DNA of 64,000 bases. Source: a virus (lineage: Duplodnaviria; Caudoviricetes). The position numbers and the translations under genes were made by a program. The notes beneath the pieces are model-generated. The model worked only from the letters and a program-made list of their open reading frames with translations, searched no databases and was not told the DNA's origin. The DNA lies in the IMG/VR virus record IMGVR_UViG_2547132519_000001, positions 1 to 64,000 of that record. The stretch is one strand, 5' to 3'. Below, in pieces: positions 20,929 through 31,188 of this stretch (positions are counted from its first letter, which is position 1; every line of letters starts with the position of its first letter).

Positions 20929-22189
20929 TTAACTCACCTCCTTAGTTTTGAAAAGTTTTATATTTAATACCTGTTATTTTAGTTACATATGATTGATACA
21001 TTAAGAAATTTAAGTTTGAATAACTAGAAGTTTTTTCTATATCCGCAAAACTGATATGCGGACTTTGCCCCCAGTTAAGAGTTAGATGGGTATCAGGTTG
21101 CAATGATTCTATTAAATCTTTAAATCTTTTTGATGGAAAAGAATTATAATCAAGTCTTACTGCCGTACCTATAGAAGCTTGATAATAAAAACCTATTTCA
21201 TCATATTCCAAAACAGAAGTGGTTAAACTTATAGACCGCGATACTTGAGTTGTACCGTTTGTTCCCACAAGTCCCTCCCATAGAATAGTATCTTCTATAA
21301 GACCTTGTATAGACATAAAATATGTAGGTTCGTATTTAATACAATACAATACCGCTATGTTGGTTGGCCTGGCTGTGTATTTACCAATTCCGGTTGAAGA
21401 CCAATTCTGAGCTGAGGAGTTTACAAGCCACCCTGTATTATTTGTTCCTTGTATTATCGAATCCATATTGCTTGGAAATTGATCTGCGGAATTATAATTT
21501 GAGGTAAAAGCGACTTTAGAGTTACCTGTATATAAAAAAATATTTTCAGTAGGATTTTGATGAATGCCAATCTCACCAGATAATTTCTCAGTTTTACTTG
21601 CATGATATCCACGTAAAAACTCATTTCTTAAATCAGGTACTGCAAAGGTAGAAGTACCGTCACCACCAAAGTAATTAAAGCTTCCAAATTCAATTTTAAT
21701 ATGTTGAGCTAAAAATGGATAATCTGTTATATTATAAATAGCCCCATCACATGTGAGATAGTGAGATGGAGGGGTCGTACCCATATATGAAAGTATATGT
21801 CCTACAGGTGCATCTTCTATGCCCTTATCGGAATTTACGTATTCAACTGGATCTACTATTGTTTTTTCCATTTCTAATATATTCAGATATGATGTATTTT
21901 GAAGTTTTGCTCCTGTTTGAGTTCCTCCTATAACTGTTACTTTTATACCAACTTTAATATCTGTTTTTGGTGTAATAACGCAAAAAGATGGTAATATTGC
22001 TTGATTTATAGTAAGCGCAACATAATCTACCGTCGTGCTAATTGACTTTTTTTGCTGTAAAATAAGGACAGTTGGAGTAATTCACTCTAAGTTCTGTTCT
22101 TGAACAACAAAGGTTGTAGCATTTCACTGCTATTTTACTTCAAACTTTTGTATCATTTTACTCCATATTTTCTTGGAGGATTTTAAAAT

Positions 22190-22555
22190 ATGACAAAAGC
22201 TCAAAAAGATGAATACTGGATGGATTGCATCCAGCAGTGCCGCGTAAGCGGCTTATCTGATTACGCCTGGTGCAGTCAGAATGGTATACCTACCAGCTCT
22301 TTTTATTACAATATAAAGCGGCTGAGGAAGAAAGCCTCTATGATTCCTGACTCTGTTCCAAAAGTTCTAGAGAAAACAGAAGTTGTACCAATTCACTACA
22401 ACGAACTGCAAGAAACAAAAGCAGTTCTTCCTAAAAAACAAACGGATCGGATTGCAATCCATCTGGAATACAATGGCTTTGTTTTGGCTATCAGTAACAA
22501 TGCAGATGCCGCCATTATTACAGCAACATTAAATGCGTTGCGACAACTGTGCTAG
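22190..22555 (+). CDS. tnpA: IS66 accessory protein TnpA
   Basis: SGLS..AWC..NGI..SSFYY HTH; first IS66 ORF. Confidence 0.88.
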   Translation: MTKAQKDEYWMDCIQQCRVSGLSDYAWCSQNGIPTSSFYYNIKRLRKKASMIPDSVPKVLEKTEVVPIHYNELQETKAVLPKKQTDRIAIHLEYNGFVLAISNNADAAIITATLNALRQLC

Positions 22556-22902
22556 GTGATCTCTCCGGCGTGGCAAAGATATTTCTTGTGGCCGGCTACA
22601 CCGATATGAGGCGTAGCATAGACGGTCTTATGGCAATTGTCCGGGATACCTATGAGTTAGATCCTTTCAGTAATTCCCTTTTTCTTTTCTGCGGAAAAAG
22701 ATGCGACAGACTGAAGGCACTGCATTTTGACAAAGATGGTTTTGTGTTACTTTATAAACGGTTAGATTCCGGCCGTTTCCAGTGGCCACGTAATTCAGAA
22801 GATGTTAGAAATTTGACCAGACAGGAATTCCGTTGGCTTATGGAAGGTCTTTCTATTGAGCAGCCAAAGGCAATTAAACCCGTTGCCAAAAAGCCCTTTT
22901 AA
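22549..22902 (+). CDS. tnpB: IS66 accessory protein TnpB
   Basis: TDMRRSIDGL, LFLFCG, DGFVLLYKRL..GRFQWP. Confidence 0.93.
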   Translation: MLGDLSGVAKIFLVAGYTDMRRSIDGLMAIVRDTYELDPFSNSLFLFCGKRCDRLKALHFDKDGFVLLYKRLDSGRFQWPRNSEDVRNLTRQEFRWLMEGLSIEQPKAIKPVAKKPF

Positions 22903-22990
22903 GCATCTGATAAAGTACACGCAGAACCGCTTATTTACTGGCTTTGCGGTCTCCTTTGTGGTATAATAAGTATATCATTCAAGGAGGTAC

Positions 22991-24592
22991 ATGGTCATGA
23001 AAAAGTCTGTTGAAACCGAAGATCTTAACATGAATCTGCTGGTCAGTAATCTGCTCAAACAGCTGGAAGCAAAAGATCATCAGATGGAACAATTAAACCA
23101 GACCATTGCAAACCTCACGGAAACAATTAATGAACTGAAACGAAAAATCTTTGGTATTTCCAGTGAGAAATCATCGAACTTACCTTACATTGACGGACAA
23201 CTCAGCTTGTTCGATCAGTTGGGAATTGATGAACACGTTCACGAACCGGAAATGATCAATGTGACAGCGCATGAGAAGAAAAAATCCCGTGCTACGCATG
23301 ATGAACTTACAAAAAATGTACCGATAAGGACCATTGAGCTTTTACTGGAAGGTGATTCTCGTAACTGCCCTTACTGTAATACTAAAATGGAAGATATCGG
23401 CTCCAAAGTTGTTCGTGAAGAGATTCATATCACTCCAGCAAAAGTGGAACGTGTCCAATACGTACAGCATAGCTATGCATGTCCACAGTGCCGTGAAGAT
23501 GGTGATTCAACCATTGAGAAGGCACCTGTGCCAAAGCCACTCATCAATCACAGTATGGCTTCTGCTACAGCGGTCTCTTACATCATGTATCAGAAGTGTA
23601 CGAACTATCTTCCGTTTTATCGTCAGGAGCAGGATTGGGCACAGCTGGGAGTCAAGCTGAATCGTGGAACCATTGCCAGCTGGTTCAATACATGCGCAGA
23701 AGAATATCTGGAACCCGTTTATGAGAGATATCATGAGTATCTTCTTAGGCAGTCCGTCATTCATGTAGACGAGACGACATGCCAGGTTTTGAATGAAGAT
23801 GGCAAGACTCCAGAATCAAAGTCTTACATATGGTTGTACACCAGCGGTGCATTTGAAGAGCACCGGATTGTGCTTTACGAGTATCAACCATCAAGGGGCG
23901 GCTATCATGCAGCAAAGTTCCTTGCTGATTATCACGGGTTTGTCCATACGGACGGCTTCAGCGGATACAACCGTTTGAGTGACATTACCCGATGCGGGTG
24001 CTGGGCACATCTTCGAAGATATATGTTCGAAGCGATTCCCAAGAAGAAGGGATCATGCTCCGAAAAATCTGAAGCCTACACAGGCTATTCCTACTGCAAC
24101 CAACTCTTTCAGATAGAGAAAGAACTGAAAGACTTAGAACCAGAAGAGCGACAGAAAAAGCGTCTTGAACTGGAGCGACCTGTACTGGATGCATTCTGGA
24201 AGTGGGTGAATGGGATAAATGCCCTTGGCGGATCAAAGCTTGCCAAGGCAATTAACTATGCCCAAAACCAAAAATCGTATATGGAGAATTACCTCCTTGA
24301 TGGAAGATGCTCCATTAGTAATAACGCAGCTGAAAGAGCCGTGAAATCATATGTTATGGGAAGAAAAAACTTCCTCTTTCATGACACTGTAAAAGGTGCC
24401 AAAGCAAGTGCAATTGTTTACACGCTTGCAGAAACAGCCAAAGCAAATGGATTAAACATCCGTCTTTATCTGGAAACAGTTATGACTAAGATGCTGGACT
24501 ACAAAAATGAGCCCGATAGTATCCTGGAAGAACTGATGCCTTGGTCAGAAGCAATGCAAAAATCCTGTGGCTTGAATAAAGGTACTATTTGA
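22991..24592 (+). CDS. tnpC: IS66 DDE transposase TnpC
   Basis: Coiled coil, zinc finger, HVDET, HTDGFSGY, CWAHLRR, SNNAAER. Confidence 0.95.
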   Translation: MVMKKSVETEDLNMNLLVSNLLKQLEAKDHQMEQLNQTIANLTETINELKRKIFGISSEKSSNLPYIDGQLSLFDQLGIDEHVHEPEMINVTAHEKKKSRATHDELTKNVPIRTIELLLEGDSRNCPYCNTKMEDIGSKVVREEIHITPAKVERVQYVQHSYACPQCREDGDSTIEKAPVPKPLINHSMASATAVSYIMYQKCTNYLPFYRQEQDWAQLGVKLNRGTIASWFNTCAEEYLEPVYERYHEYLLRQSVIHVDETTCQVLNEDGKTPESKSYIWLYTSGAFEEHRIVLYEYQPSRGGYHAAKFLADYHGFVHTDGFSGYNRLSDITRCGCWAHLRRYMFEAIPKKKGSCSEKSEAYTGYSYCNQLFQIEKELKDLEPEERQKKRLELERPVLDAFWKWVNGINALGGSKLAKAINYAQNQKSYMENYLLDGRCSISNNAAERAVKSYVMGRKNFLFHDTVKGAKASAIVYTLAETAKANGLNIRLYLETVMTKMLDYKNEPDSILEELMPWSEAMQKSCGLNKGTI

Positions 24593-25110
24593 TTTTTCGA
24601 GAGGTGAAAAATCCAGAAAGATCAATACACTTCTTTATGTAGCGCTTACGATTTATACCATTAGCACATTCACAAACTCCTGCTTTACCAATTACTTTAG
24701 AATTTGTATAATCATATAAACAATAATACATATAGCCTTGGTAAGATATTAGTCTTACCAGGGCTTCTATATTGTAAGTGACATTGGCCTTTAATGTATA
24801 TAATTTAGTAGTTTGATCATAATCAATACCATTATTTACTATTGGAATAAATGGTATTAATAAATTCACTACAGGAGTATAATCTAATGCATCTGTAACA
24901 CTTGATAAACATTGAGAAAGCTTTTGATTTACAGTTCTCTGTGCAACATTAATATCATTAACCTTATTTATTTCGTTTTGCAATCCGGTAATAGCTGATA
25001 TAGGATGAGCATCGATATCATCTCTCCCGGTAATCGCGTTATGAACGCTGGGAATTTTACCTGTAATAAAGCTTTTAATGCTTTCAATCGAAATACCTAA
25101 ATTTGTTTTA

Positions 25111-27504
25111 CTAATTCCCATTTAATATACCCTCCACAAATTCTTTGATTTCTGAATCGGTATATGTGGTATCGTCTCCTCCACCTGTTGAAGAAGTTGA
25201 TCGGTATCTAATTCCAATAACTTTATCTAACCGAGATTGATATTGATTTAAATCTAATCTATGGCTGGTAGAAGTTTTTTGTATATCTGTATAATCAATT
25301 ACATTAGAGTATCCCCAAACTAGCGAAATAGAATGATTTATATTTGTACTATTTTGGCATTCAATGATTTGACTAGGGTATATCTCCTTATATTGTGGAC
25401 GTAAAGAACCATCTGATCTTGTACAAGTGAAGAGAAAACCTAATTTATCATAATTTGTAAAAGAGTCTTTTAAGCTAATTGAATTCGATACAGCTGTTGC
25501 CTTGGTGGTTCCGACGTTACCTTCCCATAACACAACCTCATCCACTAAACCATTAATATTCATAAAGTATGTAGGTTCATATTTAATACAATAAAGTACA
25601 GCAGTGTTCGTAGGACGAGATGTATATAGTTTATTACCTCCACCAGCCCAGTTAGACACAGATCCATTATTAGACCATCCTCTAACCACAGTGGATTTAA
25701 TTAAATTGTCTGGATTTTGAGTAGACAAATATTTTCCATATTCTCCATCCATATATATTCTAGAATTCCCATCAACTAAAAAATTTATATGTTGAGTTCC
25801 GCTTTGATGAATTCCAATTTCTCCAGATAACGGTTCGGTTTTATCTCCATGATAACCACGAAGAAATTCATCTCTTAAATCTGGTACAGCAAATGTGTTA
25901 GTACCATCTCCTCCAAAAAAATTGAATGTTCCAAATTGGTCTTTAATATGTTGAGAAAGATATGGGTAATCTGTGATATTATAAGATTGACCATCACAAG
26001 TGAGGTAATGCTTAGGTGAAGTTTTGCCCATCTGTGGTAGAATACTGCCAACTGGAGTGTCCTCTATGCCTTGTGTGGTATTCACATAATTTACAGGATC
26101 AATGGTGACGTTTTCAATATTAACTCCTTGCACAGATGATAGCACAACATTAGCCCAATCTGTTGCTGTAGATGGAGTGCTTGCATTAAATAAAAATAAA
26201 TGAGTTGCATCTTTAAACCAGAAACTAAAAGACGCACTAAAGCTGCCCCATGCTCCTGCTGTTGTAGTTCCTTGTATTTTATTAACATTCATGGCAGAAC
26301 CATTAGTAAAATTTAAAACCTCAGAATTATTAAAAACTATACTAGATGTTTTAAATGTATAAATAGGATAAGAAATTTTAACAGTATTGGTGTTTACTTT
26401 TAGTTGAATGTTAATCATATCATAATTAAGAATACTATCTTTAAGCGTAATTGTCTGATTTATTGCTGTAAGATTGGCCGTCCCCATGGTTAAAGCTGGA
26501 GTTAGATTAAACGAATATTCTTGACTCAATAGTTCTTTAGTGCCTTTCGTATTTACCGTTTTTTGCGCTATGCTAATACCATTAGTAAGTTCCTCAACTA
26601 CAGCTATATCATATGATATTTTAGTACTGCTCCATGTTTTTGATAATGAAGTTACGCTATCATCTATAACTTCAGAAGTGCCTCCAACGGCACTCAACAC
26701 ACCATTACTATCTACAAATGTGGTTGAATTATCAGGCTTAACACCACCAAGTACATTAGGAGAAGCACTTGGAAGGGTGTAGTTATTTAATCCGGCAAGT
26801 TTCGACTTTTCGTCAGTAGAAAAATTATTTTGAGATAATCCATATCCTGAAACTTTATCTACTTTATTATTTAAAAATGAGTCTGTTTCTACTTTTGAGT
26901 AATAATTGGTTAAATCAATATCTGTGGTACCTATATTTGCCCATTCGTTGTTTATGTAAAGCCACTGGTTGTACGAATTTTTATCGATTTCCTTTTGTAA
27001 GTACATAGTTGTTGCTGAGATATTTTCTGATGGAAGAATCTCTATTACCTCAATAGTCATTGAATTTAAATTTGCAATTAATGAATTAATCTCGGTCTTT
27101 GTATAAGATTCCATCTTACTATAATAGTTCATTAAGTTTGAAGCAGATATTGTAATAAAATCTGAATCGTTAGTTAATTGAGAAATTAGTGTAGGTATTT
27201 TTGGTTTGTCCTTTAAATCATTATAGCTTCCTGTGGAAGCAGCATCAGAAAATCCTAACTGTTTGGATGTTATATTCCCTACCAATTCCACTCCATTGAT
27301 TACCGGCCTGTTATAAAGAGATTCGTAATCACTTGCGCTTCCAGAAACAGTTTTATAAGTTCCATCGTCAAATAACGCTTTGTTTCCTTCGCCATCAGAA
27401 GTAAGCTTTTGAATATTTTCTTTTTGATCTGAGGTGATAATTTCCTCAGCAACTTTGTCTGTATAACTCTTACCCGCGGCTAGAGTTGTTAAATCAATTC
27501 CCAT
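25111..27504 (-). CDS. Tail-collar fibre paralog 1 (797 aa)
   Basis: ASTGSYNDLKDKPKIPT and LPSASPNVLGGVK fibre motifs; collar PVGSIL...LTCDG...FAVPDLRDEFLRG. Confidence 0.85.
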   Translation of the reverse strand: MGIDLTTLAAGKSYTDKVAEEIITSDQKENIQKLTSDGEGNKALFDDGTYKTVSGSASDYESLYNRPVINGVELVGNITSKQLGFSDAASTGSYNDLKDKPKIPTLISQLTNDSDFITISASNLMNYYSKMESYTKTEINSLIANLNSMTIEVIEILPSENISATTMYLQKEIDKNSYNQWLYINNEWANIGTTDIDLTNYYSKVETDSFLNNKVDKVSGYGLSQNNFSTDEKSKLAGLNNYTLPSASPNVLGGVKPDNSTTFVDSNGVLSAVGGTSEVIDDSVTSLSKTWSSTKISYDIAVVEELTNGISIAQKTVNTKGTKELLSQEYSFNLTPALTMGTANLTAINQTITLKDSILNYDMINIQLKVNTNTVKISYPIYTFKTSSIVFNNSEVLNFTNGSAMNVNKIQGTTTAGAWGSFSASFSFWFKDATHLFLFNASTPSTATDWANVVLSSVQGVNIENVTIDPVNYVNTTQGIEDTPVGSILPQMGKTSPKHYLTCDGQSYNITDYPYLSQHIKDQFGTFNFFGGDGTNTFAVPDLRDEFLRGYHGDKTEPLSGEIGIHQSGTQHINFLVDGNSRIYMDGEYGKYLSTQNPDNLIKSTVVRGWSNNGSVSNWAGGGNKLYTSRPTNTAVLYCIKYEPTYFMNINGLVDEVVLWEGNVGTTKATAVSNSISLKDSFTNYDKLGFLFTCTRSDGSLRPQYKEIYPSQIIECQNSTNINHSISLVWGYSNVIDYTDIQKTSTSHRLDLNQYQSRLDKVIGIRYRSTSSTGGGDDTTYTDSEIKEFVEGILNGN

Positions 27505-27559
27505 TTATTATGTTTCACCTATATCTTTCTGGTTTATGATATTTTAAAGGTAAGTTAGT

Positions 27560-28005
27560 CTTCATATCTTATACACGTTGGAACATGCATTAACAGCATA
27601 TGAAATATGGCTTTCATGTACTGCGAGGAATGGTGCTCTCTGAACATTCCCTATCATTAATGACTTTACCCCAACATTGCTTACGCAATTGCTACTATTG
27701 GATTATCTGTCATGACTGTACGTAGATAGGGTTAGCTGCTTCGTTAGTGATTGTAAATCTGTCGGGAATTATGTTTTATCCCTAGAAAACTCACTCCGGT
27801 GTGTTAACCGTTTGACTTATTTGCCTTATTTTTCGGCTTCTCCAAATAGGAGAGTAGTGAGTATTACACTTTCAAGCAATTAATCCTCTTTTTATTTTAA
27901 AACTTTCATCTCTAGGAATTGTTGTGTCGCCATTATGACATTTCCTTCCCCTAGATAGGCCGACTTAAATCCTCGGAAATTTAAGTAACTCGTTTTACAG
28001 AGTTA
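27560..28005 (-). ncRNA. Group I ribozyme core (P1-P9 5' strand)
   Basis: P element AAUUGCUUGAAAG (27881-27869), Q CGAAGCAGC (27743-27735), R GUUCAGAGAGCA (27645-27634), S AAUGCAUGUUCC (27591-27580); P3, P4, P6a, P7, P8 all pair. Confidence 0.9.
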
Positions 28006-30042
28006 ACCGTAGTTTTTTACAAATGATGTGATACCTGCACCAGTTAAAAGCGTTGACAGCACTCCAAAATTCTTTATAACTCCATCTAAGCCACTGGATA
28101 GTGCAGTGCTAGAATCAACAAGGATTTTTAAGAAATCAGAGTTTAAGACAGTTAAAGAAAGTGATTGGAATGAGGCTTCAAATTGCTTGGTCTTTGCATC
28201 TAATGATTCCATCCATCTTTCTTGTTCTTGCTGAGCACTCCCAGCAGAGTTTAATGATTCCTGGAGAGCCTTTCCAACTTGTCCAGATTGAAACGACTGT
28301 AAAAGCGCCATAACTTGGTTACCGCGCTGTTTTCCTGCTATAATTTCCAGCAAGTCTGCTTGTTTAGTTTGACTAATATGATCCCATACTTCTGAAATTC
28401 CTTTAATAATTTCATATGTAGACTTAAAATTACCTTTGTCATCGAAAATATTAACTGCTCCATCAGTACGATTTAAGATTTGAGTCTGTATTTTTGATAT
28501 AGACTCAACGTTTTCGTATTCTTCCCCTAACTCCTCTAGGTTACCTTTCATCCCACGAACACGCATACTTAATACTTTTAAAGTATTTCCCATTTCAGAA
28601 GCGTCTTGTATAATCTCTGAGCCACCAGTTAGCATGGCTAATGTCTGATTAATATCATTTCCAGCCGATTGAAGAGCAGAAGCGGAGTTTTTTAAACCGG
28701 TACCTAAACCTGCGGAATCAACTGCAAATTTGTTTCCTAAAGCATTAAGCGAGTCAACAATATTAATACTATTTGAAGCTTCAATATTAAAAGCTTTCAT
28801 TGCGGTTACTAAATCGGAGACAGCCGTTTTGTCATCAACTTCTCCAACATTCGCATATATAGATGATATTTTAGCTAGTTCAGACGATTCATCTATGTCA
28901 TATCCTAATTTTGCCCAATCAGCCGTCTGCTCTACTAATCCAGATATAGTTCTGCCTAAGTCTTTGGCGTTTTTCTTTGCACCATTTAAGAATTGGGCGT
29001 ATTTGTAATCTGTCTCGTCCGTAACTTTATAAAGATTAGTCATCGCTGTATCTACTTCGTAAACTGACTGATACATCTTATGGAAAGAGTTTGCTCCAGC
29101 CATAATGACGGATGTTATAGACAACCATGAGGTGAACTTAGATCCTGCATCTTTAATTGAGTCCGTAAATGATTTCCCTAACAGCCCGGCCTCTCTTGCG
29201 GAGATTTGAATTCTCATAAATTCAGCTTCGATCTTTTTCAATTCTGGTACCGTCAAATCGTCTGCTGATTTTAGTTTTTCTACCAACTGATTTATATCAG
29301 AGCCGTACTTCTTACTAGCTTTAGAATTGTTTTCCATCCACGTAACTATGTTGCCAGCTTTTGTTAGACGTTGTGTTTCGGAAGCAAAACCTTTAAAATT
29401 AGCTGTTAGGTCTTTGAGTCGATTATTTACTTTTGAATACTCTACATCTAGACTTTTTGCATTAGCAATTAAAGAACTACTGTCGGGGTTTGCTTTTAGT
29501 TTCTCGAATGCAAGATTAACATTTAGTAATTCTTTTTGTATTTGATCTGCCGATAAACCGAGCTGCCGAAAAGATGCAGTCATTGTTGATATTTTTGACT
29601 CGTTCTTTCCAACATCTATTGCCTGGGAAATTTTCGATGCTGAAGCAGCTGCCTTATCTGCTTCTATAGATTCGCGTCTATACATATCAGCCATTTGCTG
29701 TAGCTCTGATGATTTTGACCCAATTGACTGATATGTACTTTTTCTTAAGTCTGCAAAAGATTGTTCAACAATCTTATTTTTTTTAACAACTTTCTTTGCT
29801 TGATCTTCATAAGCTTTAAATATGTCGTTTCCATTTAACTTTGTACCAAATGTTTTATTAAAATCACTTGCTATCTCTTGAGATACTGCTTTCAATTGAT
29901 TGCGGAGAGAAGCGGTTTTTAATTCAGGAATAATATCAATTGAATATTTATTGATAATATTTTGGACTTCCTTCAATTCTGTATTTATACCTGATTTGTC
30001 TAATACTGTCTGTAATAGAACTTTAAAATCAGTATTTGCCAT
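28006..30042 (-). CDS. Tape measure protein, 5' exon (TP901-type core, 679 codons)
   Basis: VDTAMTNLYKVT, MGNTLKVLSMRVRG, FKSTYEII, IAGKQRGN; GAAAGGAG RBS before MANTDF at 30042; ends ...NYG then in-frame TAA as first intron bases. Confidence 0.9.
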
Positions 30043-30091
30043 TACGTTTCTCCTTTCAATGCATAAAAAAAGAACGGAGTTACCGTTCAAA

Positions 30092-30511
30092 TTACAAAGT
30101 GTTAATACCTTGTTTCTTTAATTCTATCTTTAATAACCTTGGTACATTTTCGTTACACCAATTAATAAAATCACTCCAATAGAAGCCTTCTCTAAATATC
30201 TCGATGCTACCATGAAATCCAAAACTGGCTAAATTTGCAACATCTTCACCAGAAATACCTAAGTATTGCATTACATCAGTGTCGATAAAAACCTCAGCCG
30301 TGGTATTTCCTAAAATACTATACTTAGGAGATTTTAGAAAAGCATAAGTCCTTGCATAGAAAAGAGGAGAGTAAGTGTTGTAAAAATCCTCTAAGATAAA
30401 TTCCTCTAATTTATCCCTGACTATTTTTGCTACTTTTTCAATTGCCACATCACATGCTTCTTGGAGGTAATCATCTAAGACGTTTAGATTAGTAGCTATT
30501 TTGACAGGCAT
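30092..30511 (-). CDS. Phage structural/hypothetical protein (tail-completion-like)
   Basis: YSPLFYART motif; just upstream of tape measure. Confidence 0.6.
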   Translation of the reverse strand: MPVKIATNLNVLDDYLQEACDVAIEKVAKIVRDKLEEFILEDFYNTYSPLFYARTYAFLKSPKYSILGNTTAEVFIDTDVMQYLGISGEDVANLASFGFHGSIEIFREGFYWSDFINWCNENVPRLLKIELKKQGINTL

Positions 30512-30512
30512 T

Positions 30513-30731
30513 TTATTCGTCCTTTAGAGTTGATTCGTGAATAATTTTAGCCAAAGATTCAATAAATTTATCTTTTAATTCTTCAATTGGTTCATCTTTT
30601 AACGAGATATAAAGCTTATAGGTTAAATCACATAGACTCTTTTTGTTTTTGATAAATTCATTGATGTATGTATAAAATGTCAATTTCAACTGAACTTCTT
30701 GTCTCTTCATTTTTAACCAATTTCTAATCAT
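30513..30731 (-). CDS. Hypothetical protein
   Basis: 72-aa ORF with GGAGG RBS. Confidence 0.65.
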   Translation of the reverse strand: MIRNWLKMKRQEVQLKLTFYTYINEFIKNKKSLCDLTYKLYISLKDEPIEELKDKFIESLAKIIHESTLKDE

Positions 30732-30800
30732 TATTATTTTCCTCCATAATAAAAGGAGCCATCATTAACGACAGCTCCTATAATATATATAATTTCATAT

Positions 30801-31004
30801 TTATAATTTATAACCCATTAAATGCAATTCCCATTTAGCGTTGGGATACCTTAGCAAATTTTCTTTTACTACATTATGAACAGCCTCAAGACTTTGTTTG
30901 TTTTCATCAATATGTATAATTTTCCCTCCAGTCAAACACATTTCTTCGCAAATTAAATTAAAATACATAGTTTCACCACTCATCGTCATAATAACGTCCC
31001 TCAC
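30801..31004 (-). CDS. Hypothetical protein (start probably MTMSGE)
   Basis: 67-aa ORF in operon orientation. Confidence 0.55.
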   Translation of the reverse strand: MRDVIMTMSGETMYFNLICEEMCLTGGKIIHIDENKQSLEAVHNVVKENLLRYPNAKWELHLMGYKL

Positions 31005-31188
31005 ATTCTATCATTTTATCCATAGAAACTTTTAATGCAGAGCATAGTTTACATATTGTTGTTATTTTAGGATTTGTTTCGTAGTTCTCTATCCTACTAA
31101 TTGTGCCAACCCCCACATGTGACCTATCAGATAATTGTTCAATGGTCAAGCCACTTTCAATTCTTAATTTGCGCAAATTGATTTTCAC
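30973..31188 (-). CDS. XRE-family helix-turn-helix regulator
   Basis: LRKLRIESGLTIEQLS...TISRIEN...PKITTICKL. Confidence 0.85.
   Translation of the reverse strand: MKINLRKLRIESGLTIEQLSDRSHVGVGTISRIENYETNPKITTICKLCSALKVSMDKMIECEGRYYDDEW

Larger units (their letters stand above)
22011..24649 (+). mobile_element. IS66-family insertion sequence, 2,639 bp
   Basis: TIRs GTAAGCGCAACATAA / GTAAGCGCTACATAA (14/15); 8-bp target duplication GATTTATA at 22003-22010 and 24650-24657. Confidence 0.96.
20942..25121 (-). pseudogene. Tail-collar fibre paralog 2 interrupted by IS66 (510 aa when IS is removed)
   Basis: 25121-24650 plus 22002-20942 = 1,533 nt in frame (...ANGINQAILPSF...LEMEKTIVD). Confidence 0.9.
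16532..28005 (-). ncRNA. Giant group I intron (11,474 nt) with gene cargo in the P9 loop
   Basis: 5' splice site after U (28006), omega-G at 16532, complete core, long P10, P9.0 and P9 pairing (see findings). Confidence 0.85.

Noticed and set aside
23334-24251. Short ORFs inside tnpC, and similar short antisense ORFs inside long late genes
   Set aside because: Fully nested in well-supported genes with no RBS or recognisable motifs
4840-27504. Diversity-generating retroelement acting on tail fibres
   Set aside because: No reverse transcriptase in the window and no template/variable repeat pair with adenine-specific mismatches was seen; paralog differences involve all bases
19345-27504. Shufflon/invertible tail-fibre cassette
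   Set aside because: All paralogs are on the same strand, with no flanking inverted recombination sites or adjacent invertase
16532-28005. IStron, group II intron, intein, or simple pseudogenisation of the tape measure
   Set aside because: The only transposase belongs to a self-contained IS66 with its own target duplication; no GUGYG start, domain V or RT; both exons are intact and join in frame with a matching guide
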